From positions 9,132 through 73,131 of IMG/VR virus record IMGVR_UViG_3300034150_000083: a DNA stretch of 64,000 nucleotides. One strand, written 5' to 3'. Every line of letters starts with the position of its first letter. The first letter of the stretch is position 1. Both the position numbers and the translations under genes were made by a program. The notes below the pieces were generated by a model, which was given only the letters and a program-made list of their open reading frames with translations, was not told the DNA's origin and made no database searches. The stretch is from a virus (Duplodnaviria; Caudoviricetes). Of this stretch, positions 9,600-20,122 are shown one piece after another.

Positions 9600-10856
9600 G
9601 TGGCTACAGATTTAGTGTTCGCCCAAATGGAAAAGGTCGCCCCGAAACTGCCCGATTGGTTTGGCAGGTTCGATACGATCGTCAATCTCATTAACAGTAA
9701 GGCTGACGTGGAGAAGGTTTCCGAGAGAGACTTCCGCGCAACTTACTTAACAACGAATGGCGGAAGGGTCGGAACGTATAATCCCGACGGCGGCGGCCTC
9801 GGGTTAGGTTCCGCGCAAGAAGGTGGCGTCATGATCACCACTTACTTCCCGTTCAGCTTCAGAGGCCAGATCACGCAGCTCGCCAGCCGCGCCACCGCGG
9901 CCGCCGAGCAGTCTCGTTTGCAGGGTTTCAAGAAGCTCCTGAAAACGATGATTCCGGACTTCGCTGACTTTTTGGACCGCGCATGGCATATGGGTGACGG
10001 CACCGCCGTCCTCGGCACCGCCATCTCGTTTTCCACGGTTGCCTCGAAAACCGTGTACGTCATGGACACCACCAACGGCGTCCAGGGATTCCGGCGCGGT
10101 GAGTGGTACAACGTGTACGACTCGGCGCTCGCGGCACCGAAAGCGGGCGGTCCCTTCAAGCTCCTGTCGATCAACTACCAGACCCGCGCGCTCACCTTCG
10201 CGGTGACGATTGCGGGCGCGGCCAACACCGACAAGATCGTGTTCGAAGGCACGAGCGGCGCGACCCCAAGTGGCCTGAAGGGTTTGTTGTATCACAACAA
10301 TACTGCGACGAGCGGGACCACTCACGGCGTCAACCGGGCCAACGAACCCGAGATTTTGGTGAATGTTCGCGACGGCGGCAACTCCGTTCCGACAGTCCAA
10401 ATGGGCATGCAAATCGCCCATCAGATCATCGAGCGCCGCAAGATCGATCAGGGCACGCCGGCGGGGATGATGGCCCTCGTCAATCAGAAGCAGCAGGCCA
10501 ACATCCGGCAGAACGTGTGGGACATTTCTAACTACGATTTGTCCAACGGCAAGGTCAACGCCGATTTGATGCCGAAAGTCGATATGAAATTTATGTTTGC
10601 CGGAATTCCGGCGACAGTCGACCCGCATCAGGCCACGAATCGCATCGACTATATCACTCCGCAGGACTGGTCGATCGCCGAGATCGATCCCGTGGGCTGG
10701 TTCGAGATGAATGGCAATAAGTTGTTTCCTTTGTACGCTTTAGACGGGTCACCCGCCGCGACGGCGTGGTTCGCTCTCTACGTGCTGAGGGACTATTTGT
10801 GTCAAAATTTTGGGAACGCCGGGGTGATTTATAACCTCGCGCAACCGACCTATTAG
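9600..10856 (+). CDS. Major capsid protein
   Basis: 418 aa, GTG start after GGGAGAG; position after scaffold; followed by a strong hairpin. Confidence 0.8.
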   Translation: MATDLVFAQMEKVAPKLPDWFGRFDTIVNLINSKADVEKVSERDFRATYLTTNGGRVGTYNPDGGGLGLGSAQEGGVMITTYFPFSFRGQITQLASRATAAAEQSRLQGFKKLLKTMIPDFADFLDRAWHMGDGTAVLGTAISFSTVASKTVYVMDTTNGVQGFRRGEWYNVYDSALAAPKAGGPFKLLSINYQTRALTFAVTIAGAANTDKIVFEGTSGATPSGLKGLLYHNNTATSGTTHGVNRANEPEILVNVRDGGNSVPTVQMGMQIAHQIIERRKIDQGTPAGMMALVNQKQQANIRQNVWDISNYDLSNGKVNADLMPKVDMKFMFAGIPATVDPHQATNRIDYITPQDWSIAEIDPVGWFEMNGNKLFPLYALDGSPAATAWFALYVLRDYLCQNFGNAGVIYNLAQPTY

Positions 10857-10868
10857 CCAGGTCGCGAT

Positions 10869-10896
10869 CGGGGCTGGACAGGCCAGTCCGGCCCCG
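10869..10896 (+). other. GC-rich stem-loop after the capsid gene
   Basis: CGGGGCTGGAC / GTCCGGCCCCG, 11 bp with one G-U pair. No U-tract, so possibly an mRNA-stabilising element. Confidence 0.55.
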
Positions 10897-10912
10897 AAAA
10901 CTATCCACTTTC

Positions 10913-11515
10913 ATGGAACAAAAGCTACTTGCCGAGCTGAACTCGAGACTCGCCGCCGAGTTCGGCCGGAACGATTTCGGCGAGGCGAATTATAAGTGGA
11001 GTCTGACGCAGGACCTGTCCGGCTTCGAGAAGCAGGACCTCGACACTCCGCGGCTGATCGTCAGCGCGACGGGCGACCAACTGTGGGCGGTCGAGACCCG
11101 CTATCAGCGCTTCACGGTCGCAGATATTGTGGGCAAGGACAGGTGGGCCCTCTCTAAGTGGACCTACATGCGGCGCGGCGAATGGCTCGCCATATTTGGC
11201 GAGGCTTGGCCGTTCCCGGCCCGCGGTGAGTACCACATGGTCGGCAGCCCGATGCCGGACGGCGAGGAGCCGTGCCATAAGTCGACCGAGACGCTGATCT
11301 TCCACCTCCGGATTCATCTGGGCATGACTCTCGAGGATCACGAGCAGGAGCTTCTCGTCAATCTCGCCGAGAAGAAGCGCATCGAGAGCGGTCCCGTCCA
11401 GGACGAGATCCACGATTCGTTTTTCGCGTTCGATCACTTGCCCGGCGCCAAGGACTACGTGTCGCTGCCCAGCAAAGAGTACCGAGAAAATCACCAGGAG
11501 CAACCAGTTGAGTAA
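10913..11515 (+). CDS. Hypothetical protein
   Basis: 200-aa ORF in the structural operon, overlapping the next gene. Confidence 0.7.
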   Translation: MEQKLLAELNSRLAAEFGRNDFGEANYKWSLTQDLSGFEKQDLDTPRLIVSATGDQLWAVETRYQRFTVADIVGKDRWALSKWTYMRRGEWLAIFGEAWPFPARGEYHMVGSPMPDGEEPCHKSTETLIFHLRIHLGMTLEDHEQELLVNLAEKKRIESGPVQDEIHDSFFAFDHLPGAKDYVSLPSKEYRENHQEQPVE

Positions 11516-12173
11516 GACCATCGTTTCCATCTGGCCGATGCAGGAGAGTACGTACAGGCCCCTGCATATGCCCAAGACCGCCACCGACTCGAATTGCTTC
11601 GTGCTTCAGCCGGGGTGCTTCGATATTCCCTTCCTGCTGCGCGTGCCCGATTTCGACAATCTGGTGTACATGGGGAAGGGCACCAACCAGACCATCACCA
11701 TTCCGGCGATCGAGACGGCGCTCGATCTGGTGCGCCACTGGCGCGACTCGAAGAACTCGCCCGAAGACGGCGGGCTGCCCGGCATCTGGCTGCACCCGAC
11801 CGAAAACCCGACGGTCGAGGAGGTTCGCAGTTCCGCCGAGATCCTCGAGTACAGCGAGAAGCAGATCATGTTCGCCTCGTCGAAGGTGCGCGAGGCGCGC
11901 TTGTTCGCGGCGCAGAACGAGTGGCGCAACATCACCAAGCTCCATTTGTTTATGGGGAAACTCCTGAACATCCAGGGCGAGCCGTGGCAGGATTTCGACT
12001 CGAAAGCTTCCGCCGGCAAGGTGCGCTGCCCGTACTGCGATACGCCGATGGCCATGACCGCGGCGATCTGCGGCCAGTGCCGTGAGATTGTCGACCTCAC
12101 CAAGTACAATCAGATTCGAACGGCGCAGGGTCTTCTACCGAAGTCAGCTCCCAGTGTGCCGAAGCCGAGCTAG
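11508..12173 (+). CDS. Hypothetical protein with a C-terminal Zn ribbon
   Basis: CPYC..CGQC; SD AGGAG. Confidence 0.7.
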   Translation: MSKTIVSIWPMQESTYRPLHMPKTATDSNCFVLQPGCFDIPFLLRVPDFDNLVYMGKGTNQTITIPAIETALDLVRHWRDSKNSPEDGGLPGIWLHPTENPTVEEVRSSAEILEYSEKQIMFASSKVREARLFAAQNEWRNITKLHLFMGKLLNIQGEPWQDFDSKASAGKVRCPYCDTPMAMTAAICGQCREIVDLTKYNQIRTAQGLLPKSAPSVPKPS

Positions 12174-12188
12174 CCAGGAGACAACGCG

Positions 12189-12887
12189 ATGGCCATTCCC
12201 ACTGTTGAACAGGCGATCGAAGAGGCGGCGTTTCACCTCGGAGACCGCCAGAAGCGCCGGTTTACCATGCCGGACCTGCAGATGGCAGTGGGACTGGCCT
12301 GGCGCGAAATCATCGACGAGATGCACAAGTGCCAGGACGCGGCGGTCGAGCTGCAGACGCTCTACGTGGTGACGATGGGCACCATGAAACTGACGCCGCA
12401 GGCGGCGGGGATCACCAACTTTGGTTCGCTGCTCCGTCTCGAGGAGCGCCCGGCGGGCCAGATCAACACCACTTTCTTCCCGGTGCATTACACCGAGTCT
12501 CTACCGCTGCCGTGGACACCGACCGACCGCATCATTTACTACACGTACCGCTCGGGCGAGTTCACGTTTCCTCCGCCAACGCGCGACGTGGAGTTGCGCA
12601 TTACCTTCCTGCACTCGGGCGAGAATCCGACCACCGGCACGCTCGGCATCGACAACTGCCTCACTTGTGTCGGCAAGCTCGCCGCGGCCATCGCCGGTCC
12701 CACCAAGGGTCTCGAAAGAATCCCGAAGACGTTGCGCGACGAGGTCTACGTGTTCCCGAACCACATGCAGGCGCTCATCCAGCCTCACTTGCGCGAGCAG
12801 CAGGAGAGGCGCGTTCAGCCCGCCGCCTACGCAGTCGGCTCCAACCGGAGACGCCCGCGTGGGCACTATCCCATCTTTGGTCCTTAG
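12189..12887 (+). CDS. Head-tail adaptor (T7 gp11 / P22 gp4-like, by position)
   Basis: 232 aa, SD AGGAG; lies before the nozzle-like gene. Confidence 0.6.
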   Translation: MAIPTVEQAIEEAAFHLGDRQKRRFTMPDLQMAVGLAWREIIDEMHKCQDAAVELQTLYVVTMGTMKLTPQAAGITNFGSLLRLEERPAGQINTTFFPVHYTESLPLPWTPTDRIIYYTYRSGEFTFPPPTRDVELRITFLHSGENPTTGTLGIDNCLTCVGKLAAAIAGPTKGLERIPKTLRDEVYVFPNHMQALIQPHLREQQERRVQPAAYAVGSNRRRPRGHYPIFGP

Positions 12888-12919
12888 TCTTTTTCGATAC
12901 TGGAGAAAATGGAAACCCC

Positions 12920-13339
12920 ATGTCCTTTACTACTGAGAAAATTCCCGGCACTCCCCTCTACAAGTCCCGCACGCCGCAAGTCGCGCAGGGCACACTTCTT
13001 CTGGCCGATCTGAACACCGGCCTCGTCATCCTGGCCCCCAACAACCGCCTCGTCCAGATCACCGGATTCATGTTCCATATGAACGGGACGTTCGCGGGCC
13101 TGACCGACATGCGCCTGCAAACCACCGAGTTGCCTACTCCCACGCCGCTCATCACCGTCGTTGCGGCGCAGATGGGCGACACGGTGATTCACACCGAAGC
13201 GTTCGGCACCCATGTGCTCGCGCCGGCCTACTGGATCGCTCTTCCCAAAGGCACCGGCCTCCAGCTCGTCAAGACTGGCGCACCCGCCACGGGCGGCACC
13301 TCGGTCGACTACGCGGTTCACTACGTCTTCGAGGGATAA
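12920..13339 (+). CDS. Hypothetical beta-rich virion protein
   Basis: Natural-looking 3' part of ORF 12329-13339; ATG 12920 after GGAGAAAATGGA. Confidence 0.65.
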   Translation: MSFTTEKIPGTPLYKSRTPQVAQGTLLLADLNTGLVILAPNNRLVQITGFMFHMNGTFAGLTDMRLQTTELPTPTPLITVVAAQMGDTVIHTEAFGTHVLAPAYWIALPKGTGLQLVKTGAPATGGTSVDYAVHYVFEG

Positions 13340-13344
13340 CGCGC

Positions 13345-15273
13345 TTGAGTCTTTCCGAGCTCAAACAACGCGCGATTGGAGATCTCCGCGGGTCCTGGAC
13401 GAGGGCCCGCACGGAGCCGAACGGGTCCCGCACCCAAAACACCTACCTGACCAACCGGGCATCGAACGCCATCAATGTCCGGTTCGACGGGGGCCGGATT
13501 ATCGGCCGGGACGGGTTCCTCGCCGGGCTGATGGCCACCGGGAAGATGACGATGATGTACCAGTGGTTCGCCTACTCGACATCCGTCACGGGCGCGGGCG
13601 CGCCGCAGAACTTCCTGATCACCTTCGAGAATGGCCAGATCCGCTACCGGGACCTCTACTTCCACAACGAGTCGACGGCGGAGGCGATCCCCGGCGCCTA
13701 CGGGGCAACCGTCGTCGAAGCGGCTGACCGCCTCTACGTGTCGACCTACACGAGCGCGTTCACCGGGGCCAGCGAAACGCGGATCCTCTTTCCGTTCGCC
13801 GGCGCGGGCTACGACAACATTTCCAATGCGTTCATGGGTCCGATGTCGGAGGTTCCCACCTTCACCGAACCGTTCGGCGGGCTGGTGACGGCGGGCCTGC
13901 ACAAGTGGGGCTACATCGTCACTTCGCGGAGCGGCGCGCAACTCAAGCCCTCTCCTTATACCGCCGCCATCTTCACGCCGCCCTCGTTCACCGCGGCGGG
14001 CGATACGACCGTGCAGATGCAGGTCTCGGCGGTCTGGCCGGACGACGCCATGTTCATCTCCCCGATCATGACGACCATCGAGAACCTGGAGAAGTTCTTC
14101 ATCGTGCCGGGTCTCGAGCTTGCCGTCATGCCCGGCGTGCTCTACCCGGTGCAGTTCCAGATCTCGATCACCGACGAAGTGCTCGAGGCGACCGCCACCG
14201 AACTGACCGACCTGTTCGGGTACATGACGCAGAACATCGATGGCACCGGGCCGTTCTCGCCGTTCAACCTGGCGCAGCTCGGCCGCCGCGTGGCGTACTT
14301 CGTGCAGAACAAGGTCTACATCTCCGACCAGGATGACTTTGAGCGCGTGACCGAGGACCAGCACGTCCTGCAACTTCCCGGCGAACGTTATGTGGTGACC
14401 GCCTGCCAGATCCGCGGCGTGAACTATTTTTTCGGGCCCAAGTGGACCTACGCGGCGGTCGACAACGAGGACGTGCCCGTCTTGTGGGCAGCGCCGTACG
14501 CGGTTTCGCTGGGTCAGGGAACCAGCGCGATCCACGGCGTGTGCGTCAATACGACCGGGGATATGGCGTGGGTCGCCAACGAGTACGGTCTGTGGGAATT
14601 CCACGGCGGGTACGACGCGATTCCGGTGTCGGACATGAACGAACCGGAGTGGCGCAGGATCAACTGGGGCCTCGCGCAGACAACGCTCTGGATCGTCGAC
14701 GATCCGATCGGCCAGCGCGTGATGGTCTATGCGCCGATGGACGGGGCCACCCAGAATTCGCACCGCCTTACGTGGTCCTACGCACGCGGGCGAGGACCCA
14801 CGCAGGTCGACTTCTCGATCGACACGCTGGCGGCGGGTTCGGCCTGCATGGTGCGCGAGACGACCTCCCAGCGCTCTCGGCTCTGGCATGGACCCAATGC
14901 CGCTACCCCGATCCTGATCGAGGACTCGACCGCCTTTGCGGATAACGGCGTGCCGATCACTTCGATCTGGGAATCGGGCGAAGTGTTCAAGCGGCGCAAG
15001 GAAGCCAGCTCGATCGACATGAAGGTCCAGACCGTCGAGGCCAAGATTAAGGGAGTCGGCATGCTCCGCACGCGCGTCTACATCGCGGGCCGGGGCCTCT
15101 ACGAGGACCTCGCGACCCACATGCTCCAGGAGCTTCCGCGCGATGCGATCGAGATGGGCTGCGATGTCGAGTCGCACGATGTCACGGTGGAGTTCAAGAC
15201 CAACGCGCTGGGCGAACGGATGGACCTCGCCGATTTCACCGTGTTTTATGTGCCTTGGCTGACTTCCCGCTGA
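13345..15273 (+). CDS. Tail nozzle / tubular protein B (P22 gp10 / T7 gp12-like)
   Basis: 642 aa, beta-propeller-like composition (YISD..., YFFG, WEFHG); podoviral gene order. Confidence 0.7.
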   Translation: MSLSELKQRAIGDLRGSWTRARTEPNGSRTQNTYLTNRASNAINVRFDGGRIIGRDGFLAGLMATGKMTMMYQWFAYSTSVTGAGAPQNFLITFENGQIRYRDLYFHNESTAEAIPGAYGATVVEAADRLYVSTYTSAFTGASETRILFPFAGAGYDNISNAFMGPMSEVPTFTEPFGGLVTAGLHKWGYIVTSRSGAQLKPSPYTAAIFTPPSFTAAGDTTVQMQVSAVWPDDAMFISPIMTTIENLEKFFIVPGLELAVMPGVLYPVQFQISITDEVLEATATELTDLFGYMTQNIDGTGPFSPFNLAQLGRRVAYFVQNKVYISDQDDFERVTEDQHVLQLPGERYVVTACQIRGVNYFFGPKWTYAAVDNEDVPVLWAAPYAVSLGQGTSAIHGVCVNTTGDMAWVANEYGLWEFHGGYDAIPVSDMNEPEWRRINWGLAQTTLWIVDDPIGQRVMVYAPMDGATQNSHRLTWSYARGRGPTQVDFSIDTLAAGSACMVRETTSQRSRLWHGPNAATPILIEDSTAFADNGVPITSIWESGEVFKRRKEASSIDMKVQTVEAKIKGVGMLRTRVYIAGRGLYEDLATHMLQELPRDAIEMGCDVESHDVTVEFKTNALGERMDLADFTVFYVPWLTSR

Positions 15274-15285
15274 TACTATCCAGGA

Positions 15286-15519
15286 ATGGCTGCCGTTGAT
15301 AAGTTGATAGTCACGTCGATCAGACCCGACGTGAATAGCATCCGCACGCACGGCACTTTCCAGCTCGTGGCCGAAGCGCTGGACCGGCTCGACGGCAATC
15401 TGTCGAGGACCGCTGGCTTCGTCAACAACATCAAGCCGAGCAGCACGACGATCATCGAAGGTCCCGGCGAACCGCCTCCCCCGGCCGAGCAGACCGGGCA
15501 GATCTCCTACGACCCCTAA
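15286..15519 (+). CDS. Small hypothetical virion protein
   Basis: TAATG coupled to the tailspike gene. Confidence 0.55.
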   Translation: MAAVDKLIVTSIRPDVNSIRTHGTFQLVAEALDRLDGNLSRTAGFVNNIKPSSTTIIEGPGEPPPPAEQTGQISYDP

Positions 15520-18500
15520 TGGCTATCATCTATCCGGACTCCATCATTCGCGATACATGGGTGAAGCACGGCGAGCGTGTTTCGGTGAAGGACTTTGGCG
15601 CGGTCTCGGACGGCGTTTCCGATTGCAGCGAGGCGTTCCAGGAAGCCTATGACAGTGTCGTTTCAAAAGGCGGGGGAAGTATCGACATCCCCGGCGTAGG
15701 CACGGTGGGCGAGAGCTACAAACTGAACACTCCGATCGAACTCGATTCGGACGTGCCGATCTCCTGGCTCGGGCAGGGACGCAGTTCGAAGATCACGCGC
15801 GGCGCGGCGCTGCCCGCTGGCAAGGCACTGTTCAATCTCAACAACGCCAGGAGCATGGTCTTCCGTAATTTCCTCGTCGACGGGAAGGTCACCGCCTCGG
15901 CGGGCCTGCTCTATTCCGAGTTCGCGAGTGATCCAATGCATCCCACGCTCACGTTGAACTCGAGCTTCTGGGTCCACGGGGGCGAGGACCTGGAGTGGGA
16001 CGGCGTTCACATTGAACACACGGGCGGCTACTCGATCCTCCTCGACGCGCGCCTCCTCAATGTGAAGCGCGTCAAGATCCATCACGGCATGCTGCGGAAC
16101 AACCGCCCGCACACGTTCGGCACGGCGGCTGCCGACATGATGGACCTGCGGCGGCGGGTGCAGGGCGTCAAGATCGACTGGGAGCGGCACTTCCCAGACC
16201 TCCTCGCCGGCAGTGCCTCGATCTACGGATCCTGGACGGGCGGCATACTTGGCCAGAACCAGGCGACGGGAGGATCGTCGACCAAGGTGTCCGACCTCAA
16301 CGTGTCGAACAACCGCTTCGAGCGGAACACGGGCAACTGCGTGTGGCAGCACGGCTACGGCTTTGACTCGTTCCATCAGCAGATCCATGTCGACTACAAC
16401 TCGTTCCTCGACTGCGGCCTCGACGGGATCCTGTTCGGCAACGTGATCGGGGGCAGCGCGATCGGCAACTCGTTCCGCCGGATCGGCTACATCTGCAGCG
16501 ACGACACTTCGCCCGGCATTCCCCGGTGGCTGCCGAATCTCAACGCCACCGGCCTCGATACCTCAGGCGTCGTCAAGCTCGTCAACTACGCCAACAACTC
16601 CTTCCTCAATGTGAACGGCGGCGCGATCAACGGAGACGGCTTCGCCTACGGCACGATCAACGGCAACTCGATCCGCGTCTCGCGCCCCGGCGAACCGGAG
16701 TACACCGAGGACTCGATTGGTTCCGGATTCGGTCCCGGCGGCTCTGGCCAGAACTGGTCGCAAGGCATCGTGCTCGGAAACACCGCCGATAAGGAAGGCG
16801 GTCTCGGCGTCACCATCTCTGGCAACTTCTTCGACAACTTGGGCGGCACCGCGATCGGCCTCTACGCCGCGCGCAAGTGCCAGGCGCAAAACAACCTGAT
16901 CATCGCGCCGAATGCGCCCGGCCAGAACCCGATCATGATCGGCGGGCTGCTCACCGGATCCAATCAGGTGGCGCGCGACAACCTCGTCACCGAGAACACC
17001 GTTCACTTCAATCCAGCTACGCCGGCCCCGGCGATCTTTGAGGATCCCACGTACCGTCCGTTCACGCCGGCGGATATGAATCGCGTCGTCAAGAACGTCT
17101 GCCTCGGCGGCCCGAACGTCTTCGAGTTCAAGCGCGACCCAAACACCGACACCAAGTGCGCCATTCACTTCACCACCGAGGCAGTGGCGAGTTACTCGAG
17201 CCGTCACGGAATCACGCGCGAAGGGATCGGCGAAGGCTCATCGCTCCGCTTCTACGCGCAGGACTCCGATCCGTGGGGCAACATTCACATGTCGCTCAAC
17301 ATGTACCGCGCACAGGGCGCGCGGGGGCCCCTGTTGAACGTCTCTGAAACCGGACCCGGGCCTCCCGAGGTTGTGACCGAGGGCGGTAACATCACCACCG
17401 GCAGCGTGCTGACGCAGCCGTTCGGCGACTCGATGGTGACTGGCAAGCTCTGCGGCACGAGCCTCCTGGCTCTGAGCGCCTACACCTACTGGGAAGTCGA
17501 AGCGAACATGTTCAACGCGGATTGGGCCTTGTTGCGCTGGGACGACCTGCTCGGCAAGTGGCAGCAGTCGGTCAGTGTCGACACGGGCGTGCGGGTCTGG
17601 ACCGACCTCGCCGTGGGCGGCGGCGGAGCCACGGTCAAACCAGCCGATCCCGTGGATTCGGTGCAGTTCAACCGCGCGGGCGCGTTCGGAGGCAGCGCCG
17701 ATTTCATCTACACCGAGAGCGCCAAGCGGCTCACGATATACGGCACCGCGGCGCTGCCCGGCATCAATGTGACCGGCGGGTACATTCAATCGGACCAAGG
17801 TTTCGTGGCGATGCCCGCGACCGCCGTCACCTACAACGCCATCCAGGCTTCCAACGGCGGTGTGTACGCTCTGTCGGCGACGATCAAGAACTACATAACG
17901 TGGGGGAGTAACGCCGCTCCGGTTCCCACGATTAACGACACGTTCTTGGATAACGGCGTCATCAACTACGACGACCCGAACAAGATCTTCAACTTCCGCA
18001 CGGGCCAGTACAACCAGGCGACTCAGAACACTGACCTCGTCGACGTGAGCTGCTTCGCGCTCGGCTTCGCGGCTTCGAGTACACTGACCAACGCTATCCA
18101 GGCGCCGTACGGCGGCGTCACGGGCCAGTGGCTGATCGCCACCGATTCGCTGATCTTTATCGGGCGCGCACAGCCTCCGGTGTCAGGAATGGGCCAGGCG
18201 CGGATCTACGCGGCCACGAGCGGGCAGTTGTACATCTCGACCAACACCGCTCCCTATGGGCCATTCGGGAACACGCCTCCCGGCGCTCCGGAAGGCAGCG
18301 TCCAGTACAACCGCGGCGGGCAGTTCGGCGGGGACGCCAATTTCTTCTGGGACGAGGGAGTGAATCGACTCTACATCACTTGCGCGCCGACGGCCCCGGC
18401 GATCAGCACCTCGGGCGGCTGGATTCAGAGCGAGGGCGGGTTCCTGACGTTCAATACCGGGAACGCTATCCAGGCTCCGGAAGGCGCGGTTCTCGGTAAG

Positions 18501-20114
18501 TGGCTAGGGGCCAGCGAGTCGCTGGTCTTCACGGGATTGGGTGCGCCTCCCGCATTGTCCACTGCCAGCCCTCCTCAGGTGCGGCTCTACGCGAGTTCGG
18601 GCGGACAGATGTACATCTCGTCGAATGGAGCCGCGTGGGGGCCCTTTGGGACCGGGACGCTTCCCGCCAGTTCAGACGGAGCCATCCAATACAACGATGC
18701 CGGCAGTTTCGGCGGGCATCCCAACTTCTATTGGCATAAGACGGCATTTCAGATGTACCTGAACACGTATGCCGGTCAACCTGGACTCACGGTCACCGGC
18801 GGCTGGGTCCAATCGCAGGGCGGATTCTTTACCGATAGCGCCAGCGCCCTGGCGGTGAATGCCCAGAGCGGCGGCGTGACGGCGCGGTGGATTGCCGCCA
18901 ACGAATCGCTGCTCTTCCTGCAAAGATCGGAACCGGATCGCTCGACGGGCGGCCAAGTGCGGCTCTACGCCAATACCAACGGCGTGCTGTATATCTCGAC
19001 GGGCGGGCAACCCTACGGTCCACTGGTGACCAGCGCCCTCGCGGCCGGAACGCACTCGATGGTGCAGTACAACAACAGCGGCTATTTCGGAGCCGAGGCT
19101 GCCTTCTTCTACAACGACTCTTCAGACACGCTCACCGTGCCGAACATCACAGCCACGGGCACCACCTGGGGCTCGGTCAGTTCAAGCGGCGTCATCAGCG
19201 CCGTGAGATTTTATTCCAATGTCGGAGACGGCGAGTGGCAGTACCTGATGAACTCGCCTTGGCGCCAGTGGGGCTTCCGCACTGGCAGCGATGGTTCGCA
19301 GCAATGGGTTGATTACAGCGGGGGCAATGCCCCGTTCCTGATCTACGGCCATACCAGCCCGGCGTCGATTCGTCTCGTTACGGGCGGCTCCGTGCAGGCC
19401 AACCAGTTCTATTCGCCCTATGCCGGCTTCGACGCGGTGAATGCCGGGAGCGGCGGCTCGTACGCGCGTTCGCACCGTTCGGCGGTGTACATGCAGATCG
19501 GCCAGAACTACGGACAGGGCATAGCCTTCACGGGCGGGGATTCTCTGCAATTCGGGTGTCTGTTCTACGACACCAGCGTGGGCGTGGCGAAGATCTACAT
19601 TTCTTCCGGATGGCAGACGATCGCCACCGGCACCTTCAGCGGAATCACTTCGACAACGCAGCCTTCCTGGACCGCGACCAACAGCGGCTACAGTTACACG
19701 TTCAACAACAGTAACGGGAATTTCGTGGTGAACGGGCAAGGTGATGTCACCGCTTATGGCGTGATCACGACCTCCGGACCTTCCGGTGGGTTCAACTGCA
19801 CCGGCCAGCAGGCGAGGAACTCGATTCAAACCTATGGCGGGTTCAACGCCGGTTCGGGCGGCGGCGGCAACGGCGTGTACCAGATCGGCGGAAGCGACGT
19901 GATCAACAACTCGCGCCAGTTTGTCGGCTATGGCGGCATCAATACGAGTGGTCACATGATCGCGAGCGGTAACTGCGTGGCGGCTTCGTATCAGATCAGC
20001 AACGGGTATTATGGGCAGGACTATACTCTCTATTTCCCGCAAGGGTTTCAACTCAACGGCCAGCCGAAGAACTACATGTACTTCAAGGGCGGCATCATTT
20101 GGCAAGTAACTTAG
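15519..20114 (+). CDS. Tailspike: pectate-lyase-like beta-helix followed by repeated fibre modules
   Basis: SVKDFGAVSDGVSDCSEAFQ hallmark; N/G-rich helix rungs; four xQ(Y/F)N.xG.FG repeats. Confidence 0.85.
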   Translation: MAIIYPDSIIRDTWVKHGERVSVKDFGAVSDGVSDCSEAFQEAYDSVVSKGGGSIDIPGVGTVGESYKLNTPIELDSDVPISWLGQGRSSKITRGAALPAGKALFNLNNARSMVFRNFLVDGKVTASAGLLYSEFASDPMHPTLTLNSSFWVHGGEDLEWDGVHIEHTGGYSILLDARLLNVKRVKIHHGMLRNNRPHTFGTAAADMMDLRRRVQGVKIDWERHFPDLLAGSASIYGSWTGGILGQNQATGGSSTKVSDLNVSNNRFERNTGNCVWQHGYGFDSFHQQIHVDYNSFLDCGLDGILFGNVIGGSAIGNSFRRIGYICSDDTSPGIPRWLPNLNATGLDTSGVVKLVNYANNSFLNVNGGAINGDGFAYGTINGNSIRVSRPGEPEYTEDSIGSGFGPGGSGQNWSQGIVLGNTADKEGGLGVTISGNFFDNLGGTAIGLYAARKCQAQNNLIIAPNAPGQNPIMIGGLLTGSNQVARDNLVTENTVHFNPATPAPAIFEDPTYRPFTPADMNRVVKNVCLGGPNVFEFKRDPNTDTKCAIHFTTEAVASYSSRHGITREGIGEGSSLRFYAQDSDPWGNIHMSLNMYRAQGARGPLLNVSETGPGPPEVVTEGGNITTGSVLTQPFGDSMVTGKLCGTSLLALSAYTYWEVEANMFNADWALLRWDDLLGKWQQSVSVDTGVRVWTDLAVGGGGATVKPADPVDSVQFNRAGAFGGSADFIYTESAKRLTIYGTAALPGINVTGGYIQSDQGFVAMPATAVTYNAIQASNGGVYALSATIKNYITWGSNAAPVPTINDTFLDNGVINYDDPNKIFNFRTGQYNQATQNTDLVDVSCFALGFAASSTLTNAIQAPYGGVTGQWLIATDSLIFIGRAQPPVSGMGQARIYAATSGQLYISTNTAPYGPFGNTPPGAPEGSVQYNRGGQFGGDANFFWDEGVNRLYITCAPTAPAISTSGGWIQSEGGFLTFNTGNAIQAPEGAVLGKWLGASESLVFTGLGAPPALSTASPPQVRLYASSGGQMYISSNGAAWGPFGTGTLPASSDGAIQYNDAGSFGGHPNFYWHKTAFQMYLNTYAGQPGLTVTGGWVQSQGGFFTDSASALAVNAQSGGVTARWIAANESLLFLQRSEPDRSTGGQVRLYANTNGVLYISTGGQPYGPLVTSALAAGTHSMVQYNNSGYFGAEAAFFYNDSSDTLTVPNITATGTTWGSVSSSGVISAVRFYSNVGDGEWQYLMNSPWRQWGFRTGSDGSQQWVDYSGGNAPFLIYGHTSPASIRLVTGGSVQANQFYSPYAGFDAVNAGSGGSYARSHRSAVYMQIGQNYGQGIAFTGGDSLQFGCLFYDTSVGVAKIYISSGWQTIATGTFSGITSTTQPSWTATNSGYSYTFNNSNGNFVVNGQGDVTAYGVITTSGPSGGFNCTGQQARNSIQTYGGFNAGSGGGGNGVYQIGGSDVINNSRQFVGYGGINTSGHMIASGNCVAASYQISNGYYGQDYTLYFPQGFQLNGQPKNYMYFKGGIIWQVT

Positions 20115-20122
20115 GAGAACTT

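Noticed and set aside
10869-10900. Rho-independent terminator after the capsid gene
   Set aside because: Strong hairpin but followed by AAAA rather than a U-tract; listed only as a stem-loop.
12329-12919. Long N-terminal extension of ORF 12329-13339 (likewise the extensions of 38535, 49648, 58673 and 59218)
   Set aside because: Overlaps neighbouring real genes in another frame; downstream starts with SD or stop-start coupling fit better.
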